The notes under the pieces were generated by a model that did no database searches, was not told where the DNA came from, and was given only the letters and a program-made list of their open reading frames with translations. Positions 38,401-50,943 of a stretch of DNA of 64,000 bases are shown in pieces. The translations under genes were made by a program, and so were the position numbers. This DNA is from Podarcis melisellensis (taxonomy: Eukaryota), in NCBI GenBank assembly GCA_964234715.1, contig OZ174276.1; one strand, 5' to 3'. How positions within the stretch are numbered: position 1 is the stretch's first letter; every line of letters begins with the position of its first letter.

Positions 38401-39449
38401 TATTAAAAGCATCCCTAAAATAATGATGTTGATGATGTAGATACCGCTGCCAAAATCAAAGATTATTTGTTGGGTGTAAGGAAAGCAGAACTAGGAATAA
38501 GACTTGCACCCACTTAAAACTGGAAGTGTGTCAAGGTTTCCCTTCTATTTTTGACCCGTGAGCCACTTTGTGAACCCTGACCCACCCTATTGTTCCTCTA
38601 AGAAGAGTAGCGTGAAGGACACGAGGCGAGGCTCCCTCATCACCTTCCTGTCAAACCATGACGGCTTCTATTTCTATTATTACACAGGAAAACCCGTCCA
38701 AGCTTTATTTATTTTTTATTTTTAAGTTCCCACAGCAGCCCAAGTGGAAATGAGATAAAGGCTATTTAGTTCCGACCCCCTCATAGCATCACAATGGGAA
38801 AGTGTGGCTTCTCAACAGCCGGGAGCCTAGATACACAGCAAAGGGTATAAAAAGCTGCAGAGGGTGCTATATTTATCTGAGCTTATTAATAGACTTTTTC
38901 TGGTCTTGAGGAAATTAATTGCATTTCCAAGAAACAGTAAATGACTTTCAGGAAATAATTCAAACCAGCAAGCAAGCAAGCGGAAGAAGAATTCTCCACA
39001 CCCAATAGGGCTTTGGTCGGCCAAAATTGGGTGGCTTTAAAAGAAAGAAGCAATGTATTTACTATGTGGTAAAGCCAACTCTCTCCAACAGCACACTACA
39101 CATTGTAACGAAGGCAGGCATTTTGCCCCCTCAGTATTTGTTGAAAGGGGGCTGGGCCCTCTCAATGTTGAGGGGGTGGAGGAGGCCGAACATGGAGCCG
39201 AGCACAGCTTAGCTTCAGTGGCTGGCTTCTCCTGAGTGTTCAGCCTCCTCCAGACATCGTCACATCATGCATGTGCAATGTGCACTGGGCCCCCTCAATC
39301 TTGGGGGCAATTTTGTGCCTCTGCTCCTTGATGCATGGTTGGTAATCAATATTCCCTAGATGGTACTATGCCAGCCACATGACGCCCAATTCCTTTAACT
39401 GTGCTTGTGAAGCCATCACAATTAAATTGCTATGAAACTAAAACAAGTA

Positions 39450-39663
39450 CAGTGGTACCTTGGTTCTCAAATTTAATCCATTCCGGAAGTCTGTTCCAAA
39501 ACCAAAGCATTCCAAACCAAGGCACGCTTTCTCATAGAAAGTAATGCAAAATGGATTAATTCATTCCAGATTCCCACTAAAAGGGAAATCTGACATGGAT
39601 TTTACTATCTAACGAGACCATTGATCCATAAAATGAAAGCAATAAACAATGTACTGCAGTCAC

Positions 39664-39694
<31 letters not shown>

Positions 39695-39905
39695 GTGGCT
39701 GAACAAAAAAAAAAAAGAGCAGCAAAAATGCAAAATAAATAGCAAAAACAGACAGACCTCAGCATAACACTCAAAACGGAAGTGTGGCATTCAAATTGGA
39801 AGCGTAACACCCAAAACGGAGCACGTCCGGCTTCCGAAGAAAGTTCGCAAACCGGGACACTTTGCAGTGTTTGGGTTCCAAGTTGTTTGAGTACCAAGTA
39901 CCAAG
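39450..39905 (+). mobile_element. Tigger-like non-autonomous element, 3'-truncated
   Basis: TA|cagtggtaccttgg start; internal (TCAA)n; right TIR missing where the next element starts. Confidence 0.7.
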
Positions 39906-39907
39906 TA

Positions 39908-40137
39908 CAGTGGTACCTTGGTTTTCGAATGTCTCCATTGCCGAACATTTCGGTTTCCGAACACTGTAAACCCAGAAGTAAATGCTTTGGTTTTTGAACA
40001 CACCTCAGAAACTGAACATGCAATGAGGCTTCTGCACTGAGTTTTCCGTATTGAAGCTTCCGTATTGGGTTTTTGAACATTTAGGAACTTGAACAGTCTT
40101 CTGGAATGGATTACATTCGAAAACTGAGGTGCCACTG
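39908..40137. mobile_element. Tigger-like MITE
   Basis: TA|cagtggtaccttggttttcgaa ... ttcgaaaactgaggtgccactg|TA. Confidence 0.85.
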
Positions 40138-40775
40138 TATATAGACAGGTAAAAGGGAAAGAGAATAAAAGGGGGAATGGGGACACTGAGGCTTCCATCA
40201 CTGTTTGAAGCAAGTTGGGAAGCAGCATGAGCACGTGATACGAAAGAAGCAGAGAAAGCTACCCACAATTAGTGAAAGGTGTGAGAAACCGCAGGGAGGA
40301 AGGAAACAAGGCAGTGGGTGGGAAGCGAGTGTGAAGAAATTGCTCATCCTGCAAAGAACAAGCTGTGCAGTGAGGCAACAATTGCAACCGAAAGGAAAGG
40401 AATCTTGGAACGTGACCTCTGCTTCCTGACAGGAAACGAGGAAGCCCACAGTACGCAGGGAGTGCCCTGTTACAACATGTACTCGCATCACACCACCAAA
40501 TGGAAGGTGCTTATAACCACACCAAGGCCACTGCAGCGGAAATTTATAGGATATATTCTGCTATGTAGCCTGCATGTGAAGAGATGTAGAAACCGTAAAA
40601 GAGAGTGTGAAAGCATGTTAGGAGAATTTGCTTACTCAGGCTGTATTAAGAATGGGTCAATAATGTTTGTGCAGGAGGAACTTGGCCTTGAGCTAGACTG
40701 ATAGAAAGTAGGCACCCTGTCCTTCTCTCTGAATGAGAGAACACAGGCATGTTTTTCCTCCAAGAATGTGACTTA

Positions 40776-41312
40776 CCGTATTTTTCGCTCTATAGGACGC
40801 ACCTTGTTTTAGAGGGGGAGAACAAGAAAAAAAATATCCCCCTCTCTGTGCAGCGCCCCTTCAGCGAAGCGGCAGGAGAAATGGAGCCCTTTCAATTTCT
40901 CCTCCCGCTTAGCTGAAGGGGCACTGCGCCTTAGCTGAAGGGGCACCTACCCTTCAGCGAAAGGAACACGAAGCCTCCAGAGCGCAGTGGGAGCTCCCGC
41001 TGCGCTCCGGAAACTTCAGGCAGCTATCTGGAGAGCGAGAGAGGGCGGTGCGGAAGGAGAGAGACTGTCCTGGCTTCAGCAAAAGGAACCCGAAGCCAAC
41101 CCCTCTCGCTCTCCAGATAGCCACCTGAAGCCTCCGGAGTGCAGCGGGAGTTTCTGCTGCGCTCTGGAGGCTTCGGGTGCCCACTGCGCTTCAGAGGCTT
41201 CGTGTTGCTATTGCTGAAGCCAAGGAGCCTGCATTCGCTCCATAAGACGCACACACATTTCCCCTTAATTTTTGGAGGGGGAAATGTGCGTCTTATAGAG
41301 CGAAAAATACAG
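40776..41312. mobile_element. Tc1/mariner (pogo/Tc2-like) non-autonomous element with GC-rich palindromic interior
   Basis: TIR ccgtatttttcgctctata / tatagagcgaaaaatacag; TA on the left flank. Confidence 0.8.
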
Positions 41313-42215
41313 TGCATGTGTCAAGCTAAGGCGAGGGAATGCCTCTATATAAGCCTGTGTAACTTTAAGGCCTGGACATTCCACTTTTGTGGGTTCCACA
41401 GTGGCTGCTGCTATGACCAAGTTTCCTTAAACACCACAGTGGGATGTTTATTGAAGAAATCCACTAAACAACAAAGGCTTTTTAAATTTGAGGGAGATTT
41501 TATCAGGCCTCTCATCGATCCTACGCACAAGCACCTATACTTACGTGGAAATGTACATCAGAAGAGACCGTTCTGCAATAGGACAAGGCTTCACAACAGC
41601 AAAGCTGTTTACTGTTGTTGTAGCTAGATCCCAGGCTGGTGTCAAATCAGACCTAATTGTCTGCCCCCTCACCTTCAAAATTACTACTGCTTTGTAAGAG
41701 TTTTATTTTTTAAAAGTTTACCCTAAGCTGAGATTTCAGGTTTTGTTACAATTTAAAAATTAAAAGCATCACAACATACACTATAAAGCATCAACAATAC
41801 TTCACAACCCCCCTCCCCAAGTCTAACAAGATTAAATCTCCCAAACAACCTTGGGACCCACTTGGCATTGGAGCCCACCCTCAACAACCAGTAAGTATTG
41901 GGTGGCACAAAACTGTGGGCAATTTGCTCAGAGAACCCCCCCCCCCAGGCTAGGCTTCTCATCTACCCCATTTTTCACTGAGATTACCAAATATCCTTTG
42001 AAGCGCTATCTCCTTTCTCTTAAGACACTTTCTAAGTGATCCAATATATTTTTAAATTGTATTTTGGTATTTCGTTCACTGACTAAAAGGGCCTCAGAAC
42101 TCTATATGAATAAATGAATAAAAGATGCCTAGCTCGGAACAGGATGAGCAAAACCAAATTTCCAAGTGTTTAAAAAGTCAAATGCTTTTCAGTGCGGTGC
42201 ACTTGTAACCACACA

Positions 42216-42229
42216 CTGCCACCTAGTGG
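42216..42229 (-). promoter_or_regulatory. Candidate CTCF site
   Basis: Minus strand reads CCACTAGGTGGCAG, matching the CTCF core consensus. Confidence 0.55.
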
Positions 42230-42251
42230 GTTTTCTGATAACTCTACTGTA

Positions 42252-42477
42252 CAGTGGTACCTCAGGTTACATACACTTCAGGTTACAGACTCCGCTAACC
42301 CAGAAATATTACCTCGGGTTAAGACCTTTGCTTCAGGATGAGAACAGAAATTGTGCTCTGGCGGCATGGCAGCAGCAGGAGGCCCCATTAGCTAAAGTGG
42401 TGCTTCAGGTTAAGAACAGTTTCAGGTTAAGAACGGACCTCTGGAACGAATTAAGTACTCAGCCTGAGGTACCACTG
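42252..42477 (+). mobile_element. Tc1/mariner (Tigger-like) MITE, family A
   Basis: TA|cagtggtacctc ... gaggtaccactg|TA. Confidence 0.9.
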
Positions 42478-42859
42478 TATTCATTGCACATTTGTTTAGA
42501 ATTCATTCCTGCTTGCTAAAGAATCCAATACAGTACTATATTTGCTCACAGTCTGCTCAGAAATAAGTCAAACCAAGAGTTTCTAATGAAGATATTAATC
42601 TGCTCTTCCACAGAGTATTTGCTTATGACTCAACTACCTAGTACAGTGTTTTAGGTTCCACAATAACATGAAGATATTACAAAGTGTGCTTCAAGATTAG
42701 GGCTTCATATCGCAATTGGGTTGCTCCAGTCCGACTTTCCTGTGTGTGCAACTGACACAGTCACTACCACACATTTTGGCCCCAACCCACCTTGACCCCA
42801 GTCATGGCTATTTGTTGCTCTTCCACAGCTTGTGGAACTCTACAAAATGGCCCCCTTAA

Positions 42860-43010
42860 AATAGCTTCACTGGTTGCCAATATGTTTCCAGGTCTAATTC
42901 AAGGTGCTCACATTACTGTTCAAAGCCCTAAATAACTTGGGGGCCCAAACAACTGAAAGACCACCTCCTTTCCTATTGACCCTCTAAGGTGTTAAGATCA
43001 GCAAAGGGAT
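42860..43010 (+). mobile_element. Old L2-like LINE ORF2 fragment
   Basis: Translates LHWLPICF...FKVL...FKALNNLG, a conserved L2-clade C-terminal motif, with a stop. Confidence 0.6.
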
Positions 43011-46000
43011 CTTAGTTGAATTCCCTCGCTCCATTATGTAGTGAATAGAATGTCCCTATTTTCATGTGGAAGGTTGCAGAGCTATAGCTGTGGGGGCGCC
43101 GGCTAGGGTTTTTTGCCCTGGGTGAAGCCTCCAGAGGGGTGCCATTGAGGCTCCCAGCCTATGTGTGCCTGCAAATACACGTGTGTGCGTGTGCCAAACT
43201 GGGTCTTTGACCCGGGTGAAATAAAGCCTAGTTTTGCCCCTGAATGTTAGGAGGGTATGTGATCATATGAATTGCATTTGAAATCATATAAAAGATCTAT
43301 CGGTTGCATGCACTCTGCAATGGCTATTCCTATATCTGTCAGTCACTACCTGATGTGGCAACCATTTCGCCAGCGACTCTGGGTCTTAGGATTGTTTTTT
43401 GTTGTCCTGCTGTTTCATCATTTTAATCTGCTGCAATTTTAAACAGTATTTTATTTATTTTCAATGGCACAATGCTTCGTTTCAAATGGTGCTGGAAATG
43501 GCTCTGTGGCATGAAGAGTGGTCTAGAAGCTTGACACATAAATAAAATGAGCCAGACCTAGCTATGGCTTGCAATGGCCTCATTAATAGCAAACTCAGAG
43601 CACTAAATCACACCAGTGCTGTAGCATCCCAAGCTTAACTCTTCTTGGGCTGCTTATACCTTCCCTTGGGGATTCCAGCAACCAATTAGCAGGCTCCTCT
43701 TCCTAGAGTTCCATTGACCAGCCAATGAGGACAGAACCCTTTCTGATTGGTCATCAAGATTAACAATTAGCAGTGGCATTCATATGAACAAAAAGGACTA
43801 CACGATCCTGTGGAGAAAGGAGATTGTCAATAACTGTGCCAATATCTCTTGCATGCACGTGTATGTTTGTATGTGTATGTGCACACACTCACACTTTGCA
43901 TGTACAAAGGTAAAAGTCTCATTGGTTGCTCTGGTGACTTTTGCCTCTGGGCCATGCCCATCACTGGCCCACAGAGCACTAGGTGATGGTTCTCTGCAAA
44001 AGACATCAAATGCGGGTCTGTGAAAAATGGGTACTGGCAGCCACCCATACTGGCAAGCACAACATACAAAAAAAGGAGGGCTTTAGGAGGCCAAGTTAAA
44101 AATGTAAGCTTGTTAATCGGCCAGACAGACATTACACATCACTGCAGGCAAAGAAATCCAGGACACTAATCAAACCAGTTCAAAGGTACAGAACTTTTAA
44201 AAAAATATATTTCTTTTGAAAAACATGTTAATTCAAAAGGCTTCACAAGCGTGCACAAGAATTTTTAAATACATTGCTTTAGTATCCCTCAAAGAAACAA
44301 TAACCCACAGCTTTACATTACCCAGATATCCAAACACAAACATTTAACTATCAGTATTCAGCACTCCGTTGAATATAATGTTGCCCAATAAATGGATTCT
44401 TCTTTTTAACCAGTATCAGACAACATTGTATTCTCCTCTTTGTAACAGAGCTTCTTTGCCAGTCATCTCACTACATTTTCTTAACAGTAATTGAATAATA
44501 CAGCTGCAACTTCCATTTAAACACCTTGAGATTAATGCAAATATGTCATATTAAAAGTGTTGTATTTGATTAGAAAACTGCATCCAGCCAGCGTTAGTAA
44601 TGCTCGTATGATTTAGCACTTTGTCTGAAAGTAACCCAGCCAGCCAGCCAGCTACATAATATGGTCAATCCAGGAGCCTGTTCACATGACTCCAAAGGGA
44701 GTGTGAGGAAATGCAGTTTTTAAAGAGGGTCGTTTGATGTAAAGGACCACAATCCTAATCCTGGATGAAATGTGACTGTGACTTTAACAAGCAGATGACT
44801 GGCTCAAGGTAGTTTTTCTAATTCCTCTGGCCATCACAGGTTGTGTGTATGAACGAGCCCCCAAATTTAACACACACACCCTTCTCAAATTGAACCAGTT
44901 AAATTACCCTTTTTAAAATGTAATGGTTTGGTGTTCCAGTATCTTAGGGTTCATTCTCATACTGCACTGAGTTGCTCTACAAGTGATGCAGGAGAAGTCG
45001 TCTCAGGCTTGCATTCTATACCTGTAGAATGTTGTGCATGCACACAATAACACCCCATATGTAGATGGGAAGATTACATGGATGCAGAATACATATGACT
45101 GCATGAAAACAAGCTCCAGTTCATATAATACATTTTATGTGCACGGGAGTGTGCATGTATGTGAACACATGTTCATGTATGTGAACACATGCATGCAAGC
45201 CACAGATGCTTTCCTGTCCCACAATGTCTGTAGCATGGACACATTGGGGCAATATGTGCACTGGACCTTTAACTGGCATTGGCTGTGTTTGAACAGAGCG
45301 CTAAACTATGGTATAAGCATTAGGTAAATGAGCCTCAGACTCATGCCCTCACCCATCCCTCAGCCATGAAGAAGAGATGGGAAGCCTTGGCTTCTCTTTC
45401 CAATTAATCAAGAGTATACTCATCCAAAGTGTGGTTGCTCATACCATGGTTTGTTTATTGAAACAAGCCAATTTCTTAACACACAGTTTGAAATTGACAC
45501 GCTTCTGTAAACCACAGTTAATACAAACCACACTCTTGTCAAGGTTCAGGCATAACACTGAACTGGGGTCGGTGAAAACAGAAGCAAAACCTTCTGATCG
45601 CCCTATGGGTGCGCTAGAGGAACAGATGGGAGAGAAGCATGCAAGCTTGAGACACCACACTGGAACACAGCTATTACGTATCTGTAAAAGGAGGAAGGGT
45701 TCTGAAGTCAGGTTTGCAGATATTCTATACGAAAATATGGACTACCACATTAGTTATTTATCTCCTGTGGCAAGAACAGAGATAAAATTCTATAGGAAAG
45801 GTCTGTTATAATCACATCAGCATGAATCTTCTCTACTTTCTACTGATTACCTACAGCATGTTTTACCTATATTAACTTATTACCAAGGAAAGGATGGCCA
45901 GATGCATTAAATACTCTACATAACTTTATTAGGATGCAAATACATTCCTCTTTCTTTTTACCTCTGCTGGCTATTTAGGAAAAAAAGCCGAAAACCACAA

Positions 46001-46794
46001 AGGGTTGCTCCGATGCAATCCTAGCAGCCTACTTTATAGTTGCACCATGAGAATTTGGTCCTCCCAAGAAAGTAAAGAAAATGTTTTATAAAGAAGAGGG
46101 AGGGGAAAGAGACCAATCCGTACTAGCCAGGTGCTCTGAAATCCACACTAAAAAGTCTCAGGTCCTACACAAAAGAAAACGTTTGAGCTGAAATCAGTTT
46201 TGAAAGTTGAGACATCCAAGTGCTTTTGTTCAACTTTCAAAATTGGTACTCTACCGCAATTTCCCCAATTCCTGGTAGAAGAAGTTATCAACATGTTTTT
46301 CAAGTTGCCCCCTCCACATTTATGGGCTAAAATACTTCCTCGTTTTAAAAGAAAACAAGAAACCTATAATATTGTAATTATGTAGATAATATCTCAGATT
46401 TCATATTAGAGGTCAGATTTTGTAGTTCCCAGGGGATGAGAGATTACTCAAGTCCCTGCTCAAAGGGCTTCTCAGCTTTTGGGACTGCCTCAAATTTCAC
46501 AAAAATGCTGATGGCAATAAACCGTGGTACTTATCATGAACTCTCTGCCATCAATATATTTTACTTATGTATAAGTGGAGCTATTGCACCTAGAGAGCAC
46601 AAGAAGGACTCTGCAAAATAGAAGCTGTAAGGAATATGAGAGGTAACCTGCATTTCTAGAAGATGCATTTCTAGAAGATGCATTTAATTACGAAAAATCC
46701 ACACATAGATTATAAATCTTCTGTACAGGGGGTCAAGGAAATATTTCTCATTCTCCAGAAGGAATTGAAAACAAAATGGGACTCTTCCTGATCT

Positions 46795-46827
46795 TCAAGA
46801 CACTGCTTGCTCCTCTTTGGGCACAGT
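46795..46827 (-). CDS. TVP23B: TVP23B coding exon 7 (last; TVPKEEQAVS*)
   Basis: Strong acceptor ctttctttccttttatag, phase 0 after exon 6, TGA at 46795-46797; short last exon as in mammals. Total CDS 624 nt = 207 aa. Confidence 0.8.
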   Translation of the reverse strand, partial: TVPKEEQAVS

Positions 46828-48069
46828 CTATAAAAGGAAAGAAAGCAGCATTAGATCAGGACTTTAAAAGACAGGGGAATTGCCTGGGGGAGAAAGATCA
46901 CCAAGAAGCTGAACTGTTCCCAACTTTGGAAAAGTATTCCCTTTAATATCTTTTTAAATAGCAGCAGGGTAGAAGGCTAAAGAGCAGCAGAGGGCCAAAA
47001 CAAGAATTAAATGATTGAGTGTGGATAGTGGAGGAAGGTATCCTGCTCAGACCCTCTGTTATCAGCTGAGATACTGAACTAATTGTTAATCATCTAGTAT
47101 TGCTTAATTTGTAACTTCTCATTGAGAAACCCTGGATTTCAGGATTCTGAACCTCACTTATGGATAATTAGCTGGGCATCATTTTCACTCCCCGAGACCT
47201 GGAAACCTTTTTTAAAAATGATATAAGTGTGGACAGTAATATACGGGTCTTATGTTGAAAACCCTGAAGCAGCCTCCTATTATTTTCTGGACCAATTAAA
47301 AACTGTTACAAACTTTGCATGGCCAAGGCTTTGAGAAATAATGCCCTATAGAAAGATCCCAGAAGATGGAAGCCACACATCTTTTCAGAGAAAACAATGC
47401 TGTATTAGCATTTATCAAAAGGCAAGGCAACATCAGGAATGAGAAGGAAGAAACAGAAGGGAATGACCCAAATTACAGATGGCTGGATTGCTTTTGTCAA
47501 TATTTGGACTTTTCCTCTAAGGAATTCAGGGGCTCCAAGGAACTACATGGGACTTACTGTTACTGTGCTCTGCACCTTGCATCGATCTGATGAGCATACT
47601 CCTCCCAGAGCCAATCAGTTTCGTGGCTCAATGGGATGTTGACATGCTGGCAGGAGGGGTTTAAAACTACTCATCCCTACATGCTAAGAGAAGAGAGGGT
47701 GAATGAGTGTGGAGAAGGCAGTGTGGCCACAAACTCACAAGGTCTTAGGACCCCAAAAGGATGTGCCCTCCTGCCTCACCGAATAGGAAAGGAGGTGTGG
47801 GAAAAGTCAAAGACGAGCACTGGGAGATGTACAGAAAGACTTGTTGTCTTTCTCAAGGTGGTCATTAAGCCACAGGCCTTGAGGAAACAATTCTCCTTTC
47901 TCCACATGGTTCCAGGTGCCCGGCAAACTACAGAACAGGGCACATTAAAGATCCTGTACTTTACTTTCTCAGAAGGATAAGGCAGAGGAAAAATTGTGAA
48001 GTAATGTACCTGTGAAGCTCAGAACAAACTCTCTTTCCAGTAATCATACTGTGATTTAGACTGAATTCA

Positions 48070-48544
<475 letters not shown>

Positions 48545-49474
48545 CTAATAATTTGGAGAGAAATACAGAAGTTTTCTTTTTTAACGTGGCTTACCAAATG
48601 TAATGCTCTGAACCAGCAGGACCTAAAAATTGCACTGGCAAGTCATACAGGTAGAACACTTAACTGCATTTTTGCAACCATGTTTCCTACTGAGAAAAAT
48701 ATATTTCAGCCTGTTATTTTAGAAGGGGAAAAAAAGAGCCACCTAATCAGAATACCATGGATTTCCACCACCTTAAGCCACAAACCATCACCCCAACATT
48801 TCCAGGCATGGCACAATGCCATGACACAATAGCCTCTTTATAAAGCTTCTAAAAATTGGGAGCACTGACCTTGGACATACAATAGCCTGAAAAAAAGATC
48901 ATTCAGCAAACTGAACTAAAACATCCGAATGAAAAGCAGCTGAGGTATTTTTTAAGTAACAGAATGTGATATTTTAATTGCATACAGCAAAATAAAGGAT
49001 CAAACCAAAGTAGTTTTTGAGCAGTGCTGCATATACTGAAAATGAGTGTTAGTCGAATAATGATGAGAGGTGTTCCACTACTAGCCAACTAAAATCAATG
49101 AATTCTTCTATAAATAATGGGGAAGGAAAGCATGCCACAACTGGAAATAGTATCTCAGAGTAGCCATAGTGGAGGTGAAGGTTATTTTATCTTTGGAATG
49201 CTCATTATTCCTATCATTTTAAAGGCCTGTACAGATGTAACAGGGCTTGAATCCCACATATTATTACTGGATCAAGACCAAGCTCTAGGATGTTTGCTTC
49301 CTGCCACAAGGCTTCTCCTTTTCCATTGTAAGACTTCACAATAATTAAAAGTTACATTTCAATAATTAAAAGTTACATGCCATCGTTTTAATAGTAACCA
49401 GGGTATTCTGCTATACAGGCTCCGAAACACTTAATGAAATCTGGTTAGTACAAAACAGTTGACATCACTGTTCA

Positions 49475-49886
49475 TGTCAGGGAACTGCCATCGGAAAGAG
49501 AGATGGTGCAGAGGCTCCAGCAGACTAGGAGAGATTCTGCAGCGGAGGAGGGAACCAGCAGGGGGAGAGCAGAAGCTCCGGCAGAAGGGGAGTCGGAGGA
49601 GGGAGGGCTCTGGGATACTTCTAGTGAGAATAGTGCAGAGGTAACAAGACCCCCGTTGGCAACTCCCACCCTTCGCCGGAAGCTGTCACGCAGAGAGTCA
49701 CGAAGGCGCATGTCCGTGAAACAACTTTTATGTTGGCGTAAATTTCGTAGACGCCCACTGTCAGATTCTACCAGCGACTAACGGAGTCATGCCTTGGGAG
49801 GCTCCGTTAGTGCCTCGGTTTGGTTGACCAGCCAAACACCAGAGGGATCAAGCTTTTACGCACAAGCAGCTCATTATCCCATCACA
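49475..49886 (+). repeat. 5' LTR (412 bp)
   Basis: Starts tgtcagggaact, ends cccatcaca; no difference from the 3' LTR found by eye. Confidence 0.97.
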
Positions 49887-49888
49887 GC

Positions 49889-49899
49889 AATCTGACAGT
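49889..49899 (+). promoter_or_regulatory. Primer-binding site, self-priming type
   Basis: aatctgacagt, 2 nt after the LTR, is the exact reverse complement of LTR bases 49757-49767 (actgtcagatt); no TGG tRNA-type PBS. Confidence 0.8.
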
Positions 49900-49932
49900 C
49901 TTTGAAAGCAGCTTGTGCAAGCAGAGGGCATC

Positions 49933-50943
49933 ATGAGCGAACCAGCCGGAACCACAGGAGCTGGAGCTGGAGCAGGTCCAAGCCTGGAGGAAAGGTACAG
50001 GGCGTTGGAGGTCCAGCTCGCGCTGCAAACGGCGAGGCTTGAGGAGAGGAGGGCTCAAGATGCGGATAAGGGGAAAACCGCCCCACTTGCCAGAAAGGTG
50101 CCTGGATTGGTGCAGAGATTTGGGGGGGATCCCAGGAACTATCAAGCCTTTAGAACGGAGATGCAATATGCTCTCAATCTACTGTTTGATGACTTCACCG
50201 ATGAGAGCTCTAGAGTGGCGTCCGTAATTAGCCATCTAAAGGGAGGGGCGAAGGACTGGGTTCGACCCCTGATGGCAGCCAATAATGATATCTTAAAGGA
50301 CACGAGGAAGTTTTTTCGCGCCATGGACTTGATGTTTTCCAGCGAGATTGAGCAGGGGGTGGTGCGGAGGCAGTTGATGGCGTGCAAACAGGGGAGCCGA
50401 TCTGTACGTGAGTACTGGACTGAGTTCACTATGCTTATTCATAGACTGGGGTGGGATCTAGCAAGTGAACCTATTCAAATGTTATTTGAAGAAGGGCTCT
50501 CTCCGACAGTGAAAGATGAACTTTCCCGGGTGCCCAGGGCGGAGTCTATGGATCAGCTGACTAAATCTGCGCTGTCCATAGGAGCGCGCCAAGAAGCAAG
50601 AGCTTTGGAAAAGCGGGAAGGAAAGGGGGAACGTTGGAAGGACTTCCGCATTCCAGAGATTCCGGAGCAGTCTTTCCCGCCCGCAGAGCCGATGGAACTG
50701 GGAACAGCGCGCGCGCGCGCAGTTTCAAACACCAGTGAAGGGCGGAAGAAGGAGGGAAAGAGTGCCAAGAGATGTTATCTCTGCCAACAGCCAGGGCACT
50801 TTGCCAGAGTTTGTCCGCAAAGGAAGGAATGGCAGGGCATGGCGGGAACTGTTGGGGAAAAGGAGGAAGGAGAAATAGAGGAACAAGTAAAAGCCAACGC
50901 CTGGTTGCCAACATCAGGGCACAGCAGCCAGGCCAGGGAGTAG
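49933..50943 (+). CDS. gag: Gag (coiled coil, capsid, CCHC zinc knuckle)
   Basis: First ATG at 49933; FGGDP..., QGSRSVREYWTEF major-homology-like region, EPMELG, and CYLCQQPGHFARVC (CX2CX4HX4C). Confidence 0.95.
   Translation: MSEPAGTTGAGAGAGPSLEERYRALEVQLALQTARLEERRAQDADKGKTAPLARKVPGLVQRFGGDPRNYQAFRTEMQYALNLLFDDFTDESSRVASVISHLKGGAKDWVRPLMAANNDILKDTRKFFRAMDLMFSSEIEQGVVRRQLMACKQGSRSVREYWTEFTMLIHRLGWDLASEPIQMLFEEGLSPTVKDELSRVPRAESMDQLTKSALSIGARQEARALEKREGKGERWKDFRIPEIPEQSFPPAEPMELGTARARAVSNTSEGRKKEGKSAKRCYLCQQPGHFARVCPQRKEWQGMAGTVGEKEEGEIEEQVKANAWLPTSGHSSQARE

Noticed and set aside
1-46700. The many 60-190 aa ORFs in the six-frame track across the left part of the window
   Set aside because: No recognisable domains; most overlap SINEs, MITEs or microsatellites (poly-I, poly-Y, FLSF runs) and many start at non-ATG codons.
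1-46700. CDRT4 or TEKT3 coding exons expected from mammalian synteny
   Set aside because: I looked for the recalled CDRT4 motifs (PWPAYVTY, YNKIIF) on the minus strand and found no open match, and no ORF looked tektin-like. TBLASTN is needed.
49750-49886. Hammerhead or other ribozyme in the structured LTR region
   Set aside because: The CUGAnGA and GAAA core boxes are not present in the required arrangement; self-priming explains the stems better.
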